64,000 bases of DNA. Origin: Octopus sinensis. Its lineage: Eukaryota. Position numbers and translations under genes: made by a program. The notes under the pieces were generated by a model. That model was not told where the DNA came from. It searched no databases and saw only the letters and a list, made by a program, of their open reading frames with translations. Location: positions 37,200,001-37,264,000 of the forward strand of contig NC_043014.1 of NCBI RefSeq assembly GCF_006345805.1, written 5' to 3'. Of the stretch, positions 1 through 13,632 are shown in pieces (within the stretch, counting starts at the first letter, position 1; every line of letters begins with the position of its first letter).

Positions 1-199
1 GAATAAACATCTTTAAAATTGCATTTTCAAACCTTCTTTCTTATATATATTTCCACTCGAGCAGTACCTTACAACTTCACTTTGTTATATATATATATAT
101 ATATATATATATTAGTAATAATTATAAAGAGTATGGAGACTTGTTCATCCTCAAAATTTATTTTCTTTTATTTTACAATTTTATACAGCATATTACAAT

Positions 200-283
200 A
201 ACCTACACATGTTTCCACTGCATGGACTACTAACATTTGCAGATGCAACCTGTCACGATTATCAGTTCAGCTTCTTCAGGGTC
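200..283 (-). ncRNA. Degenerate type I hammerhead ribozyme motif (PLE-associated)
   Basis: Minus strand: gacc-CTGAAGA-aGCTG...CAGTg-GAAAC-atgt-GTA-ggtt; inverted duplicate of 22295-22378. Confidence 0.55.
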
Positions 284-315
284 TCAAAAAGCTTTGGCCA
301 GTCTCAAAGAACTGA

Positions 316-537
316 GTGGAGTTAGTATTTTTGTTAGTTAACACTAACATATCTATTAGGCTAATATACCCTTCGAAGTCTGACTTAGGTAGAATAAGCA
401 AACACATTATTGATAAATGTATACCTACACTTAGGAACATGACAAAACTAAATCTCTGGTACAGTTCATATGAGGCAATCAATTGGTTTGATAGAATTAT
501 AGCAAAGAAAATTAAATTTGCACAGTTGGATATATGC
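316..537 (+). mobile_element. Penelope-like element reverse transcriptase fragment
   Basis: RLIYPSKSDLGRISKHIID...NLW...INWF...KFAQLDI resembles PLE RT motifs; truncated. Confidence 0.75.
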
Positions 538-1756
538 TGAAAGGGTCAGAAGCAGGAGAGATCATTAATCAGGTGCTTGGAGAGCTGAGCATCTGGTGCA
601 ACAGAGGGAAGGAGACAGAGGCAGGAGAGTTCATGAATCTGACGCTTTAAAGCATGAACTTGTGAACCAGTCCTATGATGACATGAACGAATTGAAATAT
701 TTAACTGAATCATCATAAAATTAACTTTCATTTCAATGCAATGTTGATATCAGCTTCAATGTTTTATAACCTGAACTATCAGTGTCCCAAAAGGTCATTG
801 GTAGTCTAGTGATTAAAAAAAGCCAAAATGTTAGGATATATGGAGGGGCAGAGTTAGGAAATTAAAAAAAAATTTCTCAATTGTTTTTAAATTATGTTTC
901 ATTTTATCTTTGAAACTAATGTGAGAATTGTGATGGTGATCACTGATTTCCCAAATTTTATGTTTTGTACCTTCAAGGTTTTTCCCATCGTTTTAAGTGT
1001 GTTGGCCAAAATTGGTTCTGAGTGGGGGAAACATTGGCCAAAATGGGTACTAAGTGGGGGGAAAGGGGTTTGAAAAAAACTGAAAAAAGTTTCCCTTTTC
1101 TTTTTTAATCTGCAAAGGCATCTCCAAATCTTTTTAAGTGATTGATCCGAAAAAAGAATTTGAACAAAATCAATCCAGAAGGAGTGGGGAATCATAAATT
1201 TTCAAAAAATTCTCTTTGTGGAAAGTACTCCCCATCCCCATCATTTGCGAAGGTGTGAAAAAATAAAAATTGAAAATCCCCATAAGAAAATCCAACTAAT
1301 GTAGTTGTGCTGTCCTGAAAATCTGCCAAGGCATTCTAGTGTGAAAATTACTCAGCAGCAACAGGATACACAACTGGAATATATACTTTGTGCAATTAAA
1401 ACAAGTCAAGAATAGTTTTATTCTGTGTTTATATGTATGAAAAATAAAAACATAATAATTTGTTTTTACAGAATAAATGTTTTTGTAATATAGTTCAACT
1501 GAAATAATATTAATATACATATTCTTATGGTGACTTTGGCATATATAATTTACGTAAGCATATGGGAACACCAAAAACTAAAGAGTCACACATTATTTCC
1601 CATCTTTTGTATAGAAAATAGTTTCAGCATATACTTTTTCAAACGGTTTTTTTTTGTAGTATAGGAAGAAAAGTCATATTACACAGAACTGGATCTGGTT
1701 TCACTGATTTCAATTCCAAAATTTTAATGTAACTTTTCCTATTTTTTTCCTTATTT

Positions 1757-1922
1757 AGGCGCAGGAGTGGCTGTGTGGTAAGTAGCTTGCTAACCAGCCA
1801 CATGGATCCGGGTTCAGTCCCACTGCATGGCATCTTGGGCAAGTGTCTTCTGCTATAGCCCCAGGCCAACCAATACCTTGTGAGTGGATATGGTAGGCGG
1901 AAACTGAAAGAAGCCTGTCGTA

Positions 1923-1977
<55 letters not shown>

Positions 1978-2016
1978 CTGTGTTTGTCCCCCTAGAATTG
2001 CTTGACAACCGATGCA
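1757..2016 (+). mobile_element. tRNA-derived SINE (3'-truncated)
   Basis: Pol III A box TGGCTGTGTGG, B box GGTTCAGTCCC, central cttgggcaagtgtctt, internal (TA)n(TG)n; same family at 59786-60375. Confidence 0.8.
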
Positions 2017-2284
2017 GCTGTCTGACTGGCAGGATGAAGCGGTTGACCTCCCCTGTTCGAAGGTTTATAATGGACGCAGGTTGTGTGTCAAATAGCTAGC
2101 TTGTGGCGGTGGCCTCTTGGAGCTAATCAGCGACAGCTTTAGTCTTATTTTTATAAGACTGCCATATAAGTATGGCGATAACTATTAATTTCCAGTAATG
2201 CTGCCGTAATCTCCTTTAGAGAGACTTAGTAATTTTAATATTTCTATTATTGAAAACAAGTGGATGTATTCCACTGAAACTAGG

Positions 2285-2508
2285 TAAAAAGCACCATCCG
2301 ATCGTGGCCATTTGCCAGCCTCGTCTGGCACGTAAAAAGCACCCACTACATTCATGGAGTGCTTGGCATTAGGAGGGGCATCCATCCGTAGAAACATTGC
2401 CATTTCAGACTGGGCCTGGTGCAGCCTTCTAGCTTCCCAGACCCAGTTGTGCCGTCCAACCCATGCCAGCATGGAAAGCGGACGCCAAACGACGATGATG
2501 ATGATGAT
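2285..2508 (+). mobile_element. RTE LINE 3' end with (GAT)n tail
   Basis: Matches the 3' UTR of the RTE copy at ~34380-34610. Confidence 0.8.
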
Positions 2509-2981
2509 ATTTGCATCATAAAAATTTAACATTATCATGTTTCTTTTAGTTACCTATTGTAAACGACATTTTATATTACCACTAAAATGACGATGACGTC
2601 ACATTTTCTATATGAGTGTGTTCGCATGTTCGTTAACTATGTTAGGCTGATGACTGACAAGTATAAGTGTGTGACAGTGTATGTGTCTCTCAGTACACAT
2701 GCATTTTTGCAACGACTAACATTCACACAAACACACATACACACATACATTTCAAGACTAAGAACAATACACGCAGGGAGAGAGATAGGCTTCAGGTGTA
2801 TATTAATGTATGCATGTGTGTTTCTTTGATTATGTAACGTCCCCATCCCCAACAGTGAAATGCGCCGATATTGAAAGTTTACTTGTAGCCTTGACTTCAA
2901 ACAACCAGCTACATTCACTTTCAAGTACTACCAACATGAAAATTTGGCTCATTTAACACCACTATTATTATTGTTGTTATC

Positions 2982-4581
2982 ATTCGTGTATCACCTGGTT
3001 AACTATACGGGTGACCAGGCTAATGCCGATACTGCCAGATATTTTGAGCATCTCTGCAGTAATTCCTGATGAGCCGGGGGCTTTCCCTGTCTTCATACTT
3101 TTAATTGCTTTAACTATCAAGGTACTGTCAACTCGGATAGCTGGTTCCTCTGTTGGGTCGACAACCGACAGGCTCTCTTTCTCCCATTCATTTTCTTTGT
3201 TCAGCAACCTTTCATAGTGGCGTCTTCCAACCTCTCTCGCTGCAGCCTCATTTAGTGCAAGAGAACCATCATCCATGCAGACACATTTCTCTCCTACAAC
3301 ATCACGATTCTCTCTCACGCACTGTCTTGCAACACGAAATACCTCAAGTCTTTGGTCCTCACGGTGCAGAACATTGGCAAATTCTTTCTTATCTGCTTCC
3401 CCCCTGGCTAAATAAACCTGCCTTCTAGCTTCTCTTCTGGCAGTCTGATACAATTCCCTGCTACCACCATTCTTCCGGTCCCTGCTACCACCATTCTTCC
3501 AGGTGATACACGAAGGAGTCATACCCAATGACTGGTGTAGCAGCACTATAGTCAACTGCTACAAAGGAAATGGTGACGCTTTAGATACAAATAATTACAG
3601 AGGTATCAAGCTCTTGGATCAGGTAATGAAGATCACGGAGAGGGTCATAGCCCAACTAATTAGGGAGAGAGTCAGTTTGGATGAGATGCAGTTTGGTTCG
3701 TACCAGGGAAAAGCACCACTAATGCTATATTTCTGGTTAGACAGCTACAGGAGAAATACCTAGCTAAAGATAAGCCCGTGCACATGGCTTTCGTTGACAT
3801 GGAGAAAACCTTTGACAGGGTCCCCCGTTCCCTTATCTGGTGGTCAATGAGGAAACTAGGGATAGATGAATGGTTAGTGAGAGCTGTGCAAGCCATGTAC
3901 AGGGACGCTGTCAGTAAGGTGAGGGTTGGCAACGAGTACAGTGAAGAATTCTGGGTAGAAGTAGGGGTCCACCAAGGTTCAGTCCTCAACTCCTCATATT
4001 TACCATAGTCCTCCAGGCAATAACGGAGGAATTCAAGACAAGATGCCCCTGGGAGCTCCTCTAACTGATGACCTTGCTCTAATTGCTGAGTCACTAAAAG
4101 AACTAGAGAAGTTTCAAGTGTGGAAACAAGGTTTAGAATCGAAGGGCCCTAGAGTCAACCTTAACTAAAACCAAAGTCCTAATAAGTAGGAAGTCAGGCA
4201 AACCACAAATCCCTTCAGGTAGATGGCCCTGCTCGATCTGTAGAAAAGGCGTAGGTAGAAACTCTATAAGATGTACCCAGCATAAGCTATGGACACATAA
4301 GAGGTGCAGCAATATCAAAGGAAGGCTAACTAGGAGGATAGTTTTCATATATGGCAGATGCTTGGGTGCTATAAATAACACTGACAACGTGCAGAGAACA
4401 ACTTCCGCCATATTTCAGGGAGAAAAACTAGAAGTAGTTGATAGCTTCCATTACCTAGGTGACCAAGTCAGTAGCAGGGGAGGGTGCACTGAAAGTGTAG
4501 CTGCTAGAATAAGAATAGCCTGGGCAAAGTTTAGGGAGCTCTTACCTCTGCTGCTGACAAAGATCCTCTCGCTCAGAGTAA
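2982..4581 (+). mobile_element. RTE-clade LINE fragment with 5' inversion (2982-3500 minus, 3499-4581 plus), frameshifted RT
   Basis: Minus arm ...MKTGKAPGSSGITAEML...QVIHE; plus arm QVIHEGVIPNDW...NYRGIKLL...QFG...FVDMEKTFDRV...GVHQGS. Confidence 0.92.
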
Positions 4582-7500
4582 ATTCTGTTTCATCCTATTA
4601 AACTTTCTTGATGTTCTCCAAGAGATTCCTCACACCGATGAGAATGATAATGCATATATTTAATTATAATTACTATGATTAAAATTTGTTTCTTATACAT
4701 TCGCATTGTTTTTCGAAACGTACGTATGCATTGAATCCAGTTTTGTAATAAATCTATTTCTGATTCAACATTTTTTTCTCCATTTTTATACTTCTTTATG
4801 GTATAGATTTATACGTATAACGAAACTTCTCAAATATTATTTTCATATTGTTATTACTTGCTCTGGCTGACTTTTATGAATATGATGAATCTTTATAAGA
4901 AATAATGTTTTCTCTCTTTTTGAATCCACCCCCAAATGTTTGAATTGTTCTTTCTGAACTCTATCATATATATATATATATATATATATTTCCCCGGTTC
5001 GTAATCTCTGTATTTTTCTACGTAGATTAAAAAAAAATTTGAAAAAAAGTTAAAAATTAATAAATTACAGTGGGAATAGAGGGATACTAAAATTTTGAAA
5101 ACGTGATTTCTGGACGAAATCGTATTAACTCACCTTAATATGATGAAACAAAACGTAGTTTGTGATCCTTCTTTAGAACAGAAAGCACTTTCATTGAAAC
5201 CCATGCAAATTGTAGCCTCACCCTTCACTATTAAACAAAAAATAACTTCTATTATTCCATGAACTATATATCAGCTGTGCCAATTCTGCACATAAGAAAG
5301 GAGCAAATAATACAAGTGCTTCTAGGTCATATACCCGGGCAACGCCAGGATGCATTGCTAATATGGTATAAAGCACTTGGATCTTTTCTGTTGCTGTCAC
5401 AGTTTTCTATTTTTAATTTTTATTTGGTTTCTATTTTGTTCAAATTTGGTGTGCACTGCACTTATGTATTCTGATTATGAAAATGAAAGTCATTTTTGCC
5501 CCAAATCTCTCTATATAAAAACGGCAAAATATCTGTCTGTGTGTGAGTGTCCTTTATACAAATTCACAATTTTTCAGTTAGAGGGCTCGCACTTTCTATG
5601 GTCATTCAAAACCGTCCAAGGGTGATTGTGAAGATCTTTTCATTTCCCCAGTTACCCCTGAAAGCTATTTTTAAACAATCGATAAACCGACCCCTTGTTT
5701 CAGGTAACGAGTCTTTAATACAAGGGACATAACTCACTTAATCCAGCAGTTTAAATCTAAAGAAATTAAACCATTGCAAGGGAAATAACTCATTAAAACT
5801 CTGCATTTCCTTCCCTTTGTTGTGCACCACACCTCAATACTGTACCAGACCAATTTATCCAATTTAGGACCGGAACTGTCCCGGGTTCTGGATTTTCCAG
5901 TTTCCCAGAGAATTTCTAAACGTTTGCTTAAAATCTCTATATCTATAAATGGCAAAATGGCTGTTTTTTGATTCGACGGAGATAATTTTACACCTGTCAG
6001 TTTGCTGCACGTGCGCATTTGCAGACGGTCTGTATGACTGCACAATTTTATGTTATTGAAATTGCCAAAATTGAAGAAAATATCATACAAACTATAGAAT
6101 TTTCTCAATAAAGCCAAGAGAAAAGGAGGTTTTATAAACACATTCTACCAGTATACGAAGTTCAAAATTTTTTAGTTACCGAGAAATTATGTGAAAAACT
6201 GCCGTTCAAACCGAAAAGATCCAAATGAATTTCAAAGACCGATTGAGCGTGAAAAATTACTGAATTCTTTCGGAAAAGACCGTGAAAAGTGACGTTCTTT
6301 GTTCGGTAATTTCCGTAAAACTTTTTCGCACGTGTGTGTATGTACATGTATGTGTTTATGTGCATATATGTATATTTCTGTATGTATGCGTTTCTGTATG
6401 TAAGTGTTGCCAGGATTTACCTGAATACATCTAATTGGAAGGATTCACTTAAATGTAAATTTTCTAAATATCTGTCAGCAAAAGAAAAATCCGCGATAAC
6501 TTTTGTGATAGGCGGACACAGCTTGAGAGGAAGACAAAACTAATTAGAGATTAAAGAAAAAGGTGATGCAATAAACTAGGTCGTTAAGATAATTTCTGTA
6601 TGAGACGGCAGTTATATTTATACTGAGAGGTAATGTTATCGCCATTTAAATGTGAGTGCCCTTTGAACAGACGATACTGCTGTTATTCAGTGCGCTTTGC
6701 ACTCTATATTGCAAACAGAGATCGAACTTTCTACTACTCTGGCTCGGAGATTCTTACACCGGTGACATAACAACAAAATTATGGGTGACGTTGGTAAGGT
6801 GTTAATTTTCTTAATTTAAACTTGGTTACATTTTTATATAGCAATGGAATTATATGGTTAGTGTTTTGGGGTGGGGTTTCTGCTAGTATATGTAATACTG
6901 GTTTTATATATGTACATATATATATATATATATATATCTTGAGATCACAGCGATCCCACCCACAATCCTGAACCTGAAAATCATGAGCACTTGTGGATCA
7001 TGTAAGGTGGAGAGCGTCTATAAGGTGTCATGGAAGGCTTGGCAAAACTTCCTCAACCACATTTTAAGAAAGTTTATTTTTGACGTCCCCACCTTTTCGG
7101 CTACGGGGAATACGAATCTGCAAAACAATTGGCAAAAACCGACATTTCTTTATTATCACCCCCACCTCCATTCCATTCATTTTGAACTTTTTTAAGAATT
7201 TTTTTCTTCAAAATATCTGGAAAAATACGGAGATTATGATTCTGTAAAAAATTTCCCAAAATCTTTATAGATTTTTCCCCCCTAAATATGTGGAAAAATA
7301 TGGATATTATGACTCGGACAAAAATTTCAAAACATTTCTGTACTTATGATTAGGGTTAGGGTTAGGGAAAAAAGTCAAAATTGAAGAAGCTGGGGTGGGG
7401 TGATTTCACAATGCCGATTTTTGGCAATTTTCCCGAACCTCCGTATCCGAAAACGGGTATTTTTGGCAAAAAATTTTTTTACATAAACAAATTTTGGAGA

Positions 7501-7776
7501 AAATGGGGTGGGGCGGAAGTCTTTCCGAAGTCTTATTGGATCTAAAATTTTGTACAGGCATTGTTGACATTTTGCATAGGTTTTGGTCAGTGATGATCAT
7601 CGTCGGTCTCGAGTGGAAAATCATCATTATCATATATGCACAAAAATCAAAGGTGGGCGTCGTTAATCGAAAAGTTAACTTCGTTAAGCGTTAACCAGTT
7701 AATCCTTTAAAAATGTTTCGGAAGTTATCGACAAACTGTTAACATTAATTTTTACCGGCTTTCCTTCGATATAAGA

Positions 7777-8408
7777 ACAGTGAAGAATTCTGGGTAGAGG
7801 TAGGGGTCCACCAAGGTTCAGTCCTCCTCCTCCTCCTATTTACCATAGTCCTCCAGGAAATAACGGAGGAATTCAAGACAAGATGCCCCTGGGAGCTCCT
7901 CTATGCTGATGACCTTGTTCTAATTGCTGAGTCACTAACAGAACTAGAGAAGTTTCAAGTGTGGAAGCAAGGATTAGAATTGAAGGGCCCTAGAGTCAAC
8001 CTTGTCCTAATAAGTAGGAAGTCAGGCAAACCACAAATCCCTTCAGGTAGATGGCCCTGCTCGATCTGTAGAAAAGGCGTAGTTAGAAACTCTATAAGAT
8101 GTACCCAGCGTAAGCTATGGACACATAAGAGGTGCAGCAATATCAAAGGAAGGCTAACTAGGAGGATAGTTTTCATATGTGGCAGATGCTCGGGAGCTAT
8201 AAATAACACTGAAAATGTGCAGAGAACAACTTCCGCCACATTTCAGGGAGAAAAAACTAGTAGTTGATAGCTTCCATTACCTAGGTGACCAAGTCAGTAG
8301 CAGGGGAGGGTGCACTGAAAGTGTAGCTGCTAGAAAAAGAATAGCCTGGGTTAGGTTCAGGGAGCTCTTACCTCTGCTGCTGACAAAGATCCTCTCGCTC
8401 AGAGTAAA
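7777..8408 (+). mobile_element. RTE fragment (duplicate of 3938-4581)
   Basis: GVHQGS, YADD, GRWPCSICRKGV, DSFHYLGD motifs. Confidence 0.9.
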
Positions 8409-8793
8409 TTCTATTTCATCTTATTAAACTTTCTTGATGTTCTCCAAGAGATTCCTCACACCGATGAGAATGATAATGCATGTATTTAATTATAATTGCT
8501 ATGATTAAAATTTGTTTCTTACACATTCGCATTGTTTTTCGAAACGTACGTATGCATTGAATCCAGTTTTGTAATAAATCTATTTCTGATTCAACATTTT
8601 TTCACCATTTTTATACTTCTTTATGGTATAGATTTATACGTATAACGAAACTTCTCAAATATTATTTTCATATTGTTATTACTTGCTCTGGCTGACATTA
8701 ATGAATATGATGAATCTTTATTAGAAATAATGTTTTCTCTCTTTTGGATCCCCCCCAAAAGTTTGAATTGTTCTTTCTGAACTCATTTTTTCT

Positions 8794-8871
<78 letters not shown>

Positions 8872-10904
8872 CCCCGGTTCGTAATCTCTGTATTTTTCTA
8901 CGTAGATAAAAAAAAAATTTGAAAAACAGTTTCAAATTAAGAAATTACGGTGGGAATAGAGGGATACTAAAATTTTGAAAACGTGATTTCTAGACGAAAT
9001 CGTATTAACTCACCTTAATATGATGAAACAAAACGTAGATTGTGATCCTTCTTTAGAACAGAAAGCACTTTCATTGAAACCCATGCAAATTGTAGCCTCA
9101 CCCTTCACTATTAAACAAAAAATAACTTCTATTATTCTATGAACTATATATCAGCTGTGGCGATTCTGCACATAAGAAAGGAGCAAATAATACAAGTGCT
9201 TCTAGGTCATATACCCGGGCAACGCCAGGATGTATTGCTAATATGGTGTAACGCACTTGGATCTTTTCTGTTGCTGTCACAGTTTTCTATTTTTAATTTT
9301 TATTTGGTTTCTATTTTGTTCAAATTTGGTGTGCACTGCACTTATGTATTCTGATTATGAAAATGAAAGTCATTTTTGCCCCAAATCTCTCTATATATAA
9401 ACGGCAAAATGTCTGTCTGTGTGTGAGTGTCCTTTATACAAATCCACAATTTTTCAGTAAGAGGGCACGCACTTTCTTTGGTCATTCAAAACCGTCCAAG
9501 GGTGGTTGTGAAGATGTTTTCATTTCCCCAGTTACCCCTGAAAGCTATTTTTAAAAGATCGATAAACCTACCCCTTATGTTTCGGGTACGAGTCTTTAAT
9601 ACAAGGGACATAACTCACTTAATCCAGCAGTTTAATCTAAAAAGAATTAAACCATTGCAAGGGAAGTAACTCATTAAAACTCTGCATTTCCTTCCATTTG
9701 TTATGCATCAAACCTTAATACTGTACCAGACCAATTTATCCAATTTAGGACCGGAACTGTCCCGGGTTCTGGATTTTCCAGTTTCCCAGAGAATTTCTAA
9801 ACGTTTGCTTAAAATCTCTATATCTATAAATGGCAAAATGTCTGTTTTTTAAATGGACGAGATAATTTTACACCTGACAGTTTGCTGCACGTGCGCATTT
9901 GCAGACTGCACATTTTTATGTTATTGAAATTGCCAAAATTGAAGAAAATATCTTACAAACTATAGAATTTTCTCAATAAAGCAAAGAGAAAAGGATGTTT
10001 TATAAACACATTCTACCAGTATACGAAGTTTAAAACTTTTTAGTTAACTAGAAATTATGTGAAAAACTGCCGTTCAAACTGAAAAGATCCAAATGAATTT
10101 CAAAGACCGATTGAGCGTGAAAAATTACCGAATTCTTTCGGAAAAGGGCCGTGAAAAGTGACGTTCTTTGTTCGGCAATTTCCGTAAAACTTTTTCGCGC
10201 GCGTGTGAATGTATATTTATGTATATAAGTATATGTATGTATTTATGTGCATGTATGTATATTTCTGTATGTATGCGTTTTACACATGCACATAAACACA
10301 TACATATACAAAAAATTACATAAACATAAGCGGTTCAGCTGAAAAATAAATATTTACGAAAATTGCCGAACAAATAGTTTCAGTTTTAAGAACGCGGAAG
10401 TGTTGCCAGCATTGCCTGAATATATCTAATTGGAAGGATTCACTTTAAATGTAAATTTTCTAAATATCTGTCAGCAAAAGAAAAATCCGCGATAACTTGT
10501 GTGATAGGCGGACACAGCTTGAGAGAAAGACAAAACTAATTAGAGATTAAAAAGAAAAGGCAGCTCGTTAAGAAAATCTCTGTTGGAGACGGCAGTAATA
10601 TTTATACTGAGAAGTAATGTTTATCGCCATTTAAATGTGAGTGCCCTTTGAACAGACGATACTGCGCTTTGCACTCTATATTGCAAACAGAGATCGAACT
10701 ATCTACTACTCTGGCTCGGAGATTCTTACACCGGTGACATAACAACAAAATTATGGGTGACGTTATTGGTAAGGTGTTAATTTTCTTAATTTAAACTTGG
10801 TTACATTTTTATGTAGCAATGGAATTATATGGTTAATGTTTTTAGGTGGGGTTTCTGCTAGTATATGTAATACTGGTTTTATATATGTACTTATATATGT
10901 ACAT

Positions 10905-11111
10905 AATGGCCCAGTGGTTAGGGCAGCGAACTTGCGGTCGGAGGATCGCGGTTTCGATTCCCAGACCGGGCGTTGTGTGTGTTTATTGAGCGAAAATACC
11001 TAAAAGCTCCACGAGGCTCCGGCAGGGGATGGTGGTGATCCCTGCTGTACTCTTTCACCACTCTAAAAGGCGGTGCTCCAGAAAAAAAAAAAAAAAAAAA
11101 GGCGGTGCTCC

Positions 11112-11127
<16 letters not shown>
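10905..11127 (+). mobile_element. tRNA-SINE head plus doubled short tail, present only in duplication unit 2
   Basis: TGGCCCAGTGG A box, GTTTCGATTCCC B box, then aaggcggtgctcca-polyA twice; same head family as 31523-31906. Confidence 0.75.
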
Positions 11128-11142
<15 letters not shown>

Positions 11143-12166
11143 CTTGAGATCACAGCGATCCCACCCACAATCCTGAACCTGAAAATCATGAGCACTTGTG
11201 GATCATGTAAGGTGGAAAGGGCCTATGAGGTGTCATGGAAGGCTTGGCAAAACTTCCACAACCACCCTTTAAAAAAGTTTTTTTTTGACGCCCCCCACCT
11301 TTTCGGCTACGGGGAATACGAATCTGCAAAAAAATTGGCAAAAACCGACATTTTTTAATTACCACCCCCACCTCCATTCCATTCATTTAAAAACTTTTTA
11401 AAGAATTTTTTTCTTCAAAATATTCGGAAAAATACGGAGATTATGATTCTGTAAAAAATTTCCCAAAATCTTTATAGATTTTTTTCCCCCTAAATATGTG
11501 GAAAAATATTATGACTCGGACAAAAATTTCAAAACATTTCTGTACTTATGATTAGGTTTAGGGTTAGGGAAAAAAGTCAAAAGTGAAGAAGCTGGGGTGG
11601 GGGGGATTTCACAATGCCGATTTTTGGCAATTTTCCCGAAAACGGGGATTTTTGGCAAAAAATTTTTTTACGTAAACAAATTTTGGAGTAAATGGGGGTG
11701 GGGCGGAAGTCTTTCCGAAGTCTTATTGGATCTAAAATTTTGTACAAGCATTGTTGACATTTTGCATGGGTTTTGGTCAATGATGATCATCGTCGGTCTC
11801 GAGTGGACAGTCATCATTATCATATATGCACAAAAATCAAAGGTGGGCGTCGTTAATCGAAAAGTTAACTTCGTTAAGCGTTAACCAGTTAATCCTTTAA
11901 AAATGTTTCGGAAGTTATCGACAAACTGTCAACGTTAATTTTTACCGGCTTTCCTTCGATATAACTCGATAACTTTTGACAGGTCAACTCGGATATCTTC
12001 GGTATAACTCGACAATTCACTTCGAATATCACCATGACTGCTGCTAAATTGAGAGGTGGAGAAGAAAGCTAATGGGTTGTGTGTGCGTGCTTGTTCTTGT
12101 CTGTGTGTGTGTGCCTGTTCTGTTTTTATGAATGTATGGGCGATCCTTCGGTATAAGTACACATGT

Positions 12167-12266
12167 NNNNNNNNNNNNNNNNNNNNNNNNNNNNNNNNNN
12201 NNNNNNNNNNNNNNNNNNNNNNNNNNNNNNNNNNNNNNNNNNNNNNNNNNNNNNNNNNNNNNNNNN
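12167..12266. other. Assembly gap (100 N) followed by (TA)n
   Basis: Run of N. Confidence 0.99.
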
Positions 12267-12269
12267 ACG

Positions 12270-12300
<31 letters not shown>

Positions 12301-12315
12301 TTAATATATATATAT

Positions 12316-12347
<32 letters not shown>

Positions 12348-12989
12348 GTTATATATATTTATATATATATATATATTTTTATATATAAATATATAGATTT
12401 TTATATATATATTTATATATATATTTATATATATTTATATATATATATACTTCCGGTTTTCGTAGTGGAAAGACGTGTTTGCTTTTGCTCTGTGAAAAAA
12501 ACAAAAAAGGTTTGCATTAATCGACGAAATAATCTACTAAAAGTTAATAAAACATAGAACTTGTTAACTCATAAAGTTTACTAAAATACATTAATTAAAA
12601 ATATATTAATTAAAAACGTAATATATTTCGCTTCAAGCCAAATATAATACAGTAAAGTTAGTTACGCATGCTAGAATCTTCCCCGAAAAAGCACGTGGTG
12701 GCAAGTATTTAATTTATCTCCAGCTAAATGTAAGAAGGAAAAAGAATTGTTTTCTTTGCTGTTGTGAAAGAAAACTTCTTTGTACAAGCACGAGGGTTTG
12801 GACTGTACCTTTCAAGATAAGTATCGCTTGCAATTGTTTGTTTATTAATTTTTTATTTTCCTTTAATATAAGCTAACATCTCAGTTACGATTTACGACGC
12901 CATCTTTGTTTACATTCTGAGAATAACTTTCTTTCAATTTCTGTTTTGCTTTCATATGTTTATTTTCCTGTAATTAGTTTAGAATTAAA

Positions 12990-13620
12990 TAATTCCTTCA
13001 TTTCCTCACTTTCTTCAACCCCTCTCTCCTCCCTTACATATATTCCCCCATTTCCAGCTCCTTTCTTCCTTCCTTTATCTCTCTTTATGCTTACCCTTTC
13101 CCTCTCTTGCATATCTTACTCTTTTTCTCATCTCCCCTCCTCCCTTTCATATCCTCCTCTTCTCTCATTTCTTTTTCTTTTCCATCTCACATCTACTTCT
13201 CCTCTCGTCACCTCACCCTCTCATATACTTCTCATTCGCCCATTCTTCACACTCCGGGATCTCCCTCTCATTCACATACTTCATCCTGTCTCTCCTTCAC
13301 TCTGTCTCTCTTCCTCTTGCTAACCTCTCCTCCCCTCTGTTTCTCTTTCTCTTCCCCTCTTCTCCTTCACTTTGCCTCTCTTTCTCTTCCCCTTCACTCT
13401 CTCTCTACTTCTATTTTCCTCCTCTCCCCCTCCCCTACCACCCTCTATCTTTTTAACACCTCTTTGCTTTCCTCCTATCACTCTCTCGATTTCTTTCCAA
13501 CCACCTCTCTCTTTCCTTCATATCTCCCTCCCTCTTTCCCTATTTCCCCCCTCTGTGTTTCTCCGTTTCTACCTCTCTCTATCCCTCATTACCTCTCTAG
13601 CCTCTACTCACCCTCTGGAC
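12990..13620 (+). repeat. Polypyrimidine (CT-rich) low-complexity tract directly upstream of LINE ORF1
   Basis: ~630 bp almost entirely C/T; ends just before ATG at 13633. Confidence 0.85.
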
Positions 13621-13632
13621 CTCAAAACGAAG

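Larger units (their letters stand above)
1..1420. repeat. Left arm of inverted segmental duplication (partner 17518-22598)
   Basis: 1-~534 is the reverse complement of ~22045-22598; ~538-990 of 18841-19288; ~990-1420 of 17518-17950; few mismatches by eye. Confidence 0.9.
3938..11964 (+). repeat. Tandem segmental duplication: unit 1 3938-7774, unit 2 7777-11964
   Basis: Both units start acagtgaagaattctgggtaga and end tttaccggctttccttcgatataa; colinear with scattered substitutions and indels. Confidence 0.93.

Noticed and set aside
5506-6886. Helitron-like 5' starts (5506, 5934) and a tgCTAGt end (6886), duplicated in unit 2
   Set aside because: No subterminal hairpin and ambiguous boundaries; not enough to call.
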